DNA from: Gemmatimonadales bacterium
GTDB lineage: Bacteria; Gemmatimonadota; Gemmatimonadetes; Gemmatimonadales; GWC2-71-9
NCBI GenBank assembly: GCA_033853695.1
Contig: JAWOLH010000068.1
Location: 9,727 to 73,726, forward strand
Reading direction: 5' to 3'
DNA: 64,000 nucleotides
In this document: positions 58,274-64,000 of the stretch, piece by piece
How the letters are laid out: the number at the start of each line of letters is the position of its first letter
Numbering within the stretch: position 1 is the stretch's first letter
The notes under the pieces: generated by a model
Told to the model about the DNA's origin: nothing
Database searches by the model: none
Seen by the model: only the letters and a program-made list of their open reading frames with translations
Translations under genes and position numbers: made by a program

Positions 58274-58939
58274 TCATGTCCCCCAGCTCGACGCACGTCC
58301 CAACCGCTCGAACGGTCGCGCGGTCACAGCGCCGAACACGAACCCGCCCACATGGGCGACATAGGCCACGCCACCAGATTGTGCTTCGGCGACCGCGCCC
58401 ACCTGACTCAGCAACTGAATGATGAACCACAATCCGATCAGCAGCACCGCCGGCACGAACGTGACGCGGGCGAACCACCCGAACAGAATCACGGTCTTGA
58501 TCCGGTCGCCGGGGTAGGTTACGAGAAACGCCCCCATGACACCCGCGATCGCGCCGCTCGCGCCGAGATTGGGAATCGTGGAATGCGGCGCGGCGCCGAT
58601 CTGCGCCAGAAACGCAATGCACCCGCTCAACAGGTAGAAGGTGCCATAGCGCAGCGGGCCCATGGCATCTTCGACCTCCGGGCCGAAGGCCCACAGAAAG
58701 ACCATGTTGCCGATGATGTGCATCCACCCGCCGTGCAGAAACATGGCGGTCACAATGGTGATCACATGCTGGCCTGCGCTGACCTCGGCCGGTACGAGCG
58801 CCCACCGGGTGACGAACGCGTCGCCGCCCTGTAACTCCAGGATGAACACCAGGCAATTGGCGAGAATCAGCGACGTGGTGACCAGAGGAAGTCGACTGGG
58901 CGCTCTGGACGCATCCTTGAGGGGGATCATCCCGGCCAT
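58274..58939 (-). CDS. rhomboid family intramembrane serine protease
   Basis: FLHGGWMHIIGNMVFLW and catalytic GASGAIAGVMGAF. His in HVGGFVFG. Confidence 0.85.
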   Translation of the reverse strand: MAGMIPLKDASRAPSRLPLVTTSLILANCLVFILELQGGDAFVTRWALVPAEVSAGQHVITIVTAMFLHGGWMHIIGNMVFLWAFGPEVEDAMGPLRYGTFYLLSGCIAFLAQIGAAPHSTIPNLGASGAIAGVMGAFLVTYPGDRIKTVILFGWFARVTFVPAVLLIGLWFIIQLLSQVGAVAEAQSGGVAYVAHVGGFVFGAVTARPFERLGRASSWGT

Positions 58940-58951
58940 ATCATCCTCGCT

Positions 58952-61621
58952 TCAGATCGAGAGCACACCTGGCCAGTGCCGCATCCAGTCGCGACGCCGG
59001 GCAGTCTCTTGCCATCCCGGATCGTTGGGATCGATCGGCTCGGACCCGGCCACCAATTCGTCGATACGCGCCTCAAGCGCACGGGTGATCGCTGCATCGT
59101 CCACCACGAGGATCAGCTCATCCTCCCAATAGCCCGCCGTGAGGTCGAGATTGGCGCTGCCCACCGTACAGACCCGGCCGTCCACGCTGATGACTTTGGC
59201 GTGCACGTGCGGATGGATCGCGCCCAATCCCGTCATCCACTGGGGCTGCTCCGCCACCGTGAACACGTAGCCCTCGCCGCCGGCGGCCACGATCCCGTCG
59301 AAGCGCGAGTGGACGAAGTTCGTCGTCGCGGCGCGCGCGGCACTCCACGGCCCCCGGAACCGGACGCCATCGTGCGTCGGCGTCAGATTGCCGATCAACG
59401 AGCGCACGCGGACGCCGCGCCCGATGGCGCGCACCAGTGCGTGCTGGATTTCCAGCATCAACGGGAATCCGTTGACCGTGTCGACGTGCGATTGCGCGCC
59501 CTCGATGAGGGTCAGGTAGGCGTCGAGCGTGCGCGCATCGCGCAGGCCGTGATGCACGACGACGCGAGCCGCGGCGGGCCCCGCCTCGGGCGGCGTGGCA
59601 ATATCGAACGGGGCCCCGCCCGCCGCCATCCACGCGTCCAGGAAGGATCGCTCTACTTCTGCCACCGCCGGTCCCGCAACGCGCGCCCCGGCATCAAGCC
59701 AGGGCACCTGCCGCCACTGGGATTCGGGGGTGAGCCGCACCTCGCCGAACCCGGTGTAGTACTCGTGCGATAGGTTCCGCCCGCCGATCAGCGCAAGGAT
59801 GCCATCGACCACGGCCACCTTACGGTGGTCTCGGTGTTTGAGCTCTTCGAGCGAGGGGGGCCCGGTGATCGGCCGCAGCACGCGCAGCTCGACGCCGGGC
59901 CGGCGCTTGAGCCGCTCGAGCAATGGGTTGTGCGTGCCGAAGGAGCCCTCCAATCCATGCAGGGAATCGACCACCACGCGCACTACGACGCCGCGCGCCG
60001 CGACCTCGGCCAGCGCGGCTTCGACCTGGACCCCGACGTCGTCGTCCAGTGCCATGTACACCTGGTAGTGGATCCGCTGCTGCGCCCCGGCGATCGCCTC
60101 GAGCAGCCAGTGCCGCGCCCGGGCATTGTCGAGCTCGATCTCGATCCGGTTGCCCGGAATCAACGGGGCGCCGGTCGTCATCTCGAGGCGGTCCGTTGTG
60201 GCGCGAATAGCCCCCGCGACCGAAGCCGGCCACCGGGTCGCCGGGTTGATCTGCTCCGGCCGGAGCGCTGCGAAGCCGATGGTGTCCGGCGGATGCGGTC
60301 CCCGGTACACGATCGCGGTGACCGGCAATCCGGCCGCGCCGCGCAGGCGCGCTGCCACTCGCGCGAGCCGCACGGCATCGAGGTCTGCGCCGACGTCCAG
60401 CGCCGCTCCCTCGTCGAGGATCGCGCTCCCGTCCACAACCCGTGGCGCGAGCCCCGCCGCCTGCAGCCGCGACCGAATTGCCCCGCAGCTGTTGATCGCC
60501 CGCATCCGCACGGCGAGCAGCTCGCGACCATCCGCACCGCTCACGGAGGCGAGTGTCGATAGTTCGACGTCGCTGAGCTCGGTGTCGAACAGCACCAGCG
60601 GCGCCGACCCCGGCTGGACCAGCTGGACCTCCTGCTCGACGGCGTCCAGCGGATCGCGCCCCCCTTGTTCGGCGGTCCGGAACAGCCCCAGTCCCTGCGC
60701 GTCGGACACGGCGGGGATCTCGGCGTCGCCGTCGCGCGTCCGCACGACCGCGTGCACGCGGCCCCCCACCACGACGGCGATGTCCTGATCGGGAATCGGC
60801 TCGTGGCGTCCTGGTCCCCCCGCGTACAGGATGCGCGCAGAGATCCGGCCGGCGACTGCAACGAGATCCGGTGCGTCGATGGTGCGGCGTCGTGCGGCAG
60901 CGGAGAGTGCTCGTGGCGGGGGTAGCGGCGGCAGAACCAGGACTGGCGAAGGCCAGACCGGGAGGTTCAGCAACGCCCTCGGAAATCGCGCGACGACCAA
61001 CAGGTCGGCCGGCTGAGCGGGTGCCGTCCCCTGTCCCGCGACGGTCACGCGGGCCTCGATCCCAGCGATGTCCAGCGCTGCAGCGAGGTGGTCGGACGCC
61101 GGTGCCCGCGGCACGAGCACCATGGCGTGGAGCTCGGCCGTGCCGTGGTCGCGGAGGAACCTGCCGATCGCACGGCGCGCACGCGATCCGACCGACACGC
61201 AGACGATCTCCGCGATCGGATGATCCTGCCAGGCCTTGGAGCGGGTGTAGAGGATCGGCAGCGCCAACCGCTTCCGTACCTCAGCGGCAACCGAGATCGC
61301 CTCACGCGTGGGCCGGCCTAGGGCAAGGAGATCGATCGCGGAGTCGCGCGCCAGATCCGTGATGGCCTGGGGGTCGAGCTGCAAGAGCAACTTCGCCTCT
61401 ACCGTAGTAGCGGCCCCGGTGGCCGTTTGTCGGATGCGGTCGAGCTGGGGCGTCATGTCCTCAACGATGCCCGTGAGCCAACCCAGGTGGTCGGCTGGCA
61501 CGTGGGCGAGGATGAGTATGAGCTCGGCGGCCGGTGCCATGCGGTGGATCACCGCGATCGCTTCCCTGGTGTTGGCATCGGGCTCCAGGAGCAGCAGCAC
61601 GCGGCGGTATTTCACGTGCAC
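58952..61621 (-). CDS. large protein with C-terminal two-HKD phospholipase D / cardiolipin-synthase-like domain and about 480-aa unassigned N-terminal region
   Basis: HKD motifs HRKVAVVDGILALIGGRN and HAKVISVDGRVCTVGSAN. N-terminal part: only a weak universal-stress-like impression. Confidence 0.75.
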   Translation of the reverse strand: MHVKYRRVLLLLEPDANTREAIAVIHRMAPAAELILILAHVPADHLGWLTGIVEDMTPQLDRIRQTATGAATTVEAKLLLQLDPQAITDLARDSAIDLLALGRPTREAISVAAEVRKRLALPILYTRSKAWQDHPIAEIVCVSVGSRARRAIGRFLRDHGTAELHAMVLVPRAPASDHLAAALDIAGIEARVTVAGQGTAPAQPADLLVVARFPRALLNLPVWPSPVLVLPPLPPPRALSAAARRRTIDAPDLVAVAGRISARILYAGGPGRHEPIPDQDIAVVVGGRVHAVVRTRDGDAEIPAVSDAQGLGLFRTAEQGGRDPLDAVEQEVQLVQPGSAPLVLFDTELSDVELSTLASVSGADGRELLAVRMRAINSCGAIRSRLQAAGLAPRVVDGSAILDEGAALDVGADLDAVRLARVAARLRGAAGLPVTAIVYRGPHPPDTIGFAALRPEQINPATRWPASVAGAIRATTDRLEMTTGAPLIPGNRIEIELDNARARHWLLEAIAGAQQRIHYQVYMALDDDVGVQVEAALAEVAARGVVVRVVVDSLHGLEGSFGTHNPLLERLKRRPGVELRVLRPITGPPSLEELKHRDHRKVAVVDGILALIGGRNLSHEYYTGFGEVRLTPESQWRQVPWLDAGARVAGPAVAEVERSFLDAWMAAGGAPFDIATPPEAGPAAARVVVHHGLRDARTLDAYLTLIEGAQSHVDTVNGFPLMLEIQHALVRAIGRGVRVRSLIGNLTPTHDGVRFRGPWSAARAATTNFVHSRFDGIVAAGGEGYVFTVAEQPQWMTGLGAIHPHVHAKVISVDGRVCTVGSANLDLTAGYWEDELILVVDDAAITRALEARIDELVAGSEPIDPNDPGWQETARRRDWMRHWPGVLSI

Positions 61622-62535
61622 TCCGGTCGTTCCGGGATGGTCGTTCGTTGGAACCTGTGGCCCTCCCGGTCAATCACGTGGGCCTCGATGGCGGCAAGAC
61701 GACCCTCCTCATCGATCTCATAGCGATTGAAGCCGGCCCGGATCGCTGGATCGGCGTGGTCGAGCGCCGCGCCACTCGCCCCGATGACTTCGAGCGAGCC
61801 GACGGCGGTCCGCAGGCGGCAGCGCACCCGCAGGTGGAGATGCCCAAACAGGACGAGGCCGCGCGTCAGGGGCGCGAGGAGTCGCCGGAGCGCGGCGCCG
61901 TCCACCAGTCCATCGCGCAGTTGTGTCAGCCGCCACCGCCCGTCCACCGGTGGGTGATGAATCAGGACCACGGGCGAGCGTCGGGTGACCTCAGGATGCG
62001 CCAGTACGGCCGCGAGGGCAGCGAGTTGCTCGACCCCTACGGCACCCGCCGCCACGAACGGCGGGCGCGGCACGCCGCTCGACAGGGCGATAATGGCGAC
62101 GGGCCCGCGCAGTTTGACGCATGGATACGGCCCAACCGGCAGATCGCGTGCGAGCGCCGGCAAGTCGCTGTGCATGAAGTCGCCGAAGTAGTGCGGGAAA
62201 CGTCGCTCGCGGAAAATTGGTGGGATGTAGATATCGTGATTTCCCGGAACGACGGTGACTTCGACCGAACGTGCGACTCCATCGAGCAACGACTTTGCCT
62301 CGGCGTACTCGTGCTCCAGCGCGAGATTCGTGATGTCACCCGTAACCACGCAGTGATCCACGTCGTGGGAGACGGCTTCCAGCACGGTCTTGAGATATGC
62401 ACGGCGATGCACCCGGCCACGGTGCAGCAACAGATTTGTGTATCCGGTGATGCGTTTGGTGAACAGGATCGAACGCCATTCGGTCCCCGTCGGCGACAGC
62501 ACGTGAAGATCCGAGATGTGCGCGATCCGCATCAT
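61612..62535 (-). CDS. metallophosphoesterase (calcineurin-like)
   Basis: ATG 62535 inside track ORF 61612..63249. ISDLH, GDITN and GNHD motifs. ATGA overlap with the lipase stop and 10-nt overlap with the PLD gene start. Confidence 0.8.
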   Translation of the reverse strand: MMRIAHISDLHVLSPTGTEWRSILFTKRITGYTNLLLHRGRVHRRAYLKTVLEAVSHDVDHCVVTGDITNLALEHEYAEAKSLLDGVARSVEVTVVPGNHDIYIPPIFRERRFPHYFGDFMHSDLPALARDLPVGPYPCVKLRGPVAIIALSSGVPRPPFVAAGAVGVEQLAALAAVLAHPEVTRRSPVVLIHHPPVDGRWRLTQLRDGLVDGAALRRLLAPLTRGLVLFGHLHLRVRCRLRTAVGSLEVIGASGAALDHADPAIRAGFNRYEIDEEGRLAAIEAHVIDREGHRFQRTTIPERPECT

Positions 62536-63542
62536 TCCCAGTCGCCGAATTCGGTGATCCGCCCCGCCGGGCGAAGCGCGGCGATGTAATGATGCGGCCC
62601 GTGGTCGCGCGCCGCCCAGCGCGCCCGCCCGGCGCGCCTTCCGGTCGCGAAGAATCCCAGCAGCGAGCGGGGGATGTCGCGCACGTGCCGCAGCGCGGCC
62701 ACCGGCGTTTCCGCGCGGCGCCACACACCGTCCGCGTAGCGATACTCGTGCCCGATGTGCACGAAGTGCCCCCATTGAGCCGGGGGAAGCGCGGGGACGA
62801 GGTCGCGCGACAGGATGTGGCGGAAGACGTGTCTTCCGGTCTGCGAGGCGATCTCGGGGACCGGCTCGACGACGGCCATGGGTTGGCCGTAGGTATACAC
62901 GGCCCGGAGCCGCTCGACGAGCGGGTGGTGTTTCGCCGAGCCGACTAGGGACAGCGCGAACAGCAGCGCCATCGCGCCACCCAGACTGTGCCCGGTGACG
63001 TAGAGGGCTTCTAGCGGATACTCGACATCTCGGGAAGAGTCCAGCAACGATCGTCCCTTGAGCGCCTGCTCCAGCTCCTGCAGAACAGCCCAGCGCGTGG
63101 CGCGGACGTTCCGATAGAAGCCGGCGTGCACACTTGCCCGCTCGCGTGCGAGCGTGATTGCATCTGGTCCGATGTCGGCATCGCCGAGCCAACTGCCGAG
63201 GGTGGCTGGCTCGGTACCGCGGTAGCAGAGAATTACGACGCGGCCGCAACGGCTCTGGGCCAGAAACGCGGTCGAGAAGACGAACATGGCGTCGACCGTC
63301 TGGTGGATGGAGACGCAGGCGTTGTGCGCGAAGCCGAGCCGGGTCAGCGTCAGCCCGACGGTTGCGGCGTCCGCATAGGCGTATCCGGCGCAGGTCGCGA
63401 GGACGTGCGCGACCGTCTGGTCGCGCGGGTCGGTGCTGTGCGCCGCATCCGGGCCGTGGGCCGTCAGGAGTCGGGCGACGAGGCCTTCGTGGACCGGGAA
63501 GGGGGGGCCACAGGCTCCGCCTTCCAGACGCTCGATCTTCAA
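62532..63542 (-). CDS. class-3 lipase-like alpha/beta hydrolase
   Basis: Nucleophile elbow VTGHSLGGAMAL. No signal peptide. Confidence 0.75.
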   Translation of the reverse strand: MKIERLEGGACGPPFPVHEGLVARLLTAHGPDAAHSTDPRDQTVAHVLATCAGYAYADAATVGLTLTRLGFAHNACVSIHQTVDAMFVFSTAFLAQSRCGRVVILCYRGTEPATLGSWLGDADIGPDAITLARERASVHAGFYRNVRATRWAVLQELEQALKGRSLLDSSRDVEYPLEALYVTGHSLGGAMALLFALSLVGSAKHHPLVERLRAVYTYGQPMAVVEPVPEIASQTGRHVFRHILSRDLVPALPPAQWGHFVHIGHEYRYADGVWRRAETPVAALRHVRDIPRSLLGFFATGRRAGRARWAARDHGPHHYIAALRPAGRITEFGDWE

Positions 63543-63591
63543 CGCACGCCTCGATGTGGCTGCTTCAGAGCGAGGCTATCTTATCCTCTCC

Positions 63592-64000
63592 ATGAGGCGT
63601 GCGCCACTGATCACGGCTGTCTCGATCGCCATGGTGCCGGTGCGGGCGACCGCACAGGGGCTTCCTCCGTCACTGGCGTCCTTTCTCCGTCAGACCATCC
63701 AGCTCAACGACCACGAGCTCAATGCCTCCACCGGCGGTGAGGCCATTGCGAAGCTGCTCCCGGATTCGGACGCGCGTGAAATTGCCATCTTCGGCATTGT
63801 GCAGGTTGACGTACCTCGCCCGTTCTACGTACGCCTGGCCAGCGATTTCCCATCCTCGTTGCGCACGCCGATTCGGACCCAGGTCGCGGTCTTTTCGGAT
63901 CCGGCGGCCGACTCCGACGTGACGGGGTTTTCCCTCTCTCCCGACGATGTCCGGGAACTCCCGCAGTGCAGGCCGGGCGCGTGCCGGCTCAAGCTGTCTT
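63592..64000 (+). CDS. hypothetical secreted protein, 3'-partial (runs off the window)
   Basis: Open frame from ATG 63592 to the window end, so it is not in the track. Signal peptide MRRAPLITAVSIAMVPVRATAQG. Confidence 0.45.
   Translation, partial: MRRAPLITAVSIAMVPVRATAQGLPPSLASFLRQTIQLNDHELNASTGGEAIAKLLPDSDAREIAIFGIVQVDVPRPFYVRLASDFPSSLRTPIRTQVAVFSDPAADSDVTGFSLSPDDVRELPQCRPGACRLKLS

Overview
High-G+C bacterial chromosomal window. ADOP-type duplicated FtsX permeases, a peptidase/PD40/Omp85 fusion and Tat-PhoD suggest an Acidobacteriota- or Gemmatimonadota-like soil organism; this is inference only. (1) nt 1-35.9k is core-like. It holds a partial metallophosphoesterase, an aquaporin and tRNA-Thr. 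An 11-kb co-directional minus-strand array follows, carrying the reductive pyrimidine degradation genes (mmsA, beta-ureidopropionase, dihydropyrimidinase, NCS1 permease, preT, preA) directly abutted by Tat-PhoD and a PDZ aspartyl protease. After that come an orphan PilT-like operon, an MsbA-type ABC exporter, aceB-aceA, an ECF sigma/anti-sigma pair, a 1002-aa peptidase/PD40/Omp85 protein, transporters and nadA-nadC. (2) nt 35.9k-52.3k is visibly lower in G+C and looks accessory, organised around tRNA-Pro(GGG). A 133/135-nt direct repeat carrying the 5' half of that tRNA brackets a 3.4-kb insert. The insert encodes a minimal HUH (rolling-circle Rep-like) protein with iteron-like repeats. Downstream of the tRNA lies a LysR-centred module of three operons (qor-ridA-phzF relic-hydroxyacid dehydrogenase; phzF-ADOP permease; ADOP permease-ridA). 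Four copies of one operator-like box tie this module together. (3) nt 52.3k-64k contains tspO, an outer-membrane barrel and a CarH/LitR-like HTH-B12-type regulator that keeps Wx9EH but lacks the lower-axial His. It also contains an SDR/DUF2867 protein, a truncated TetR gene at a repeat junction, and a tightly coupled lipase / metallophosphoesterase / PLD / rhomboid operon. I saw no CRISPR array, rRNA, integrase or transposase. All calls rest on reading the sequence and on motif recall; no searches were run.
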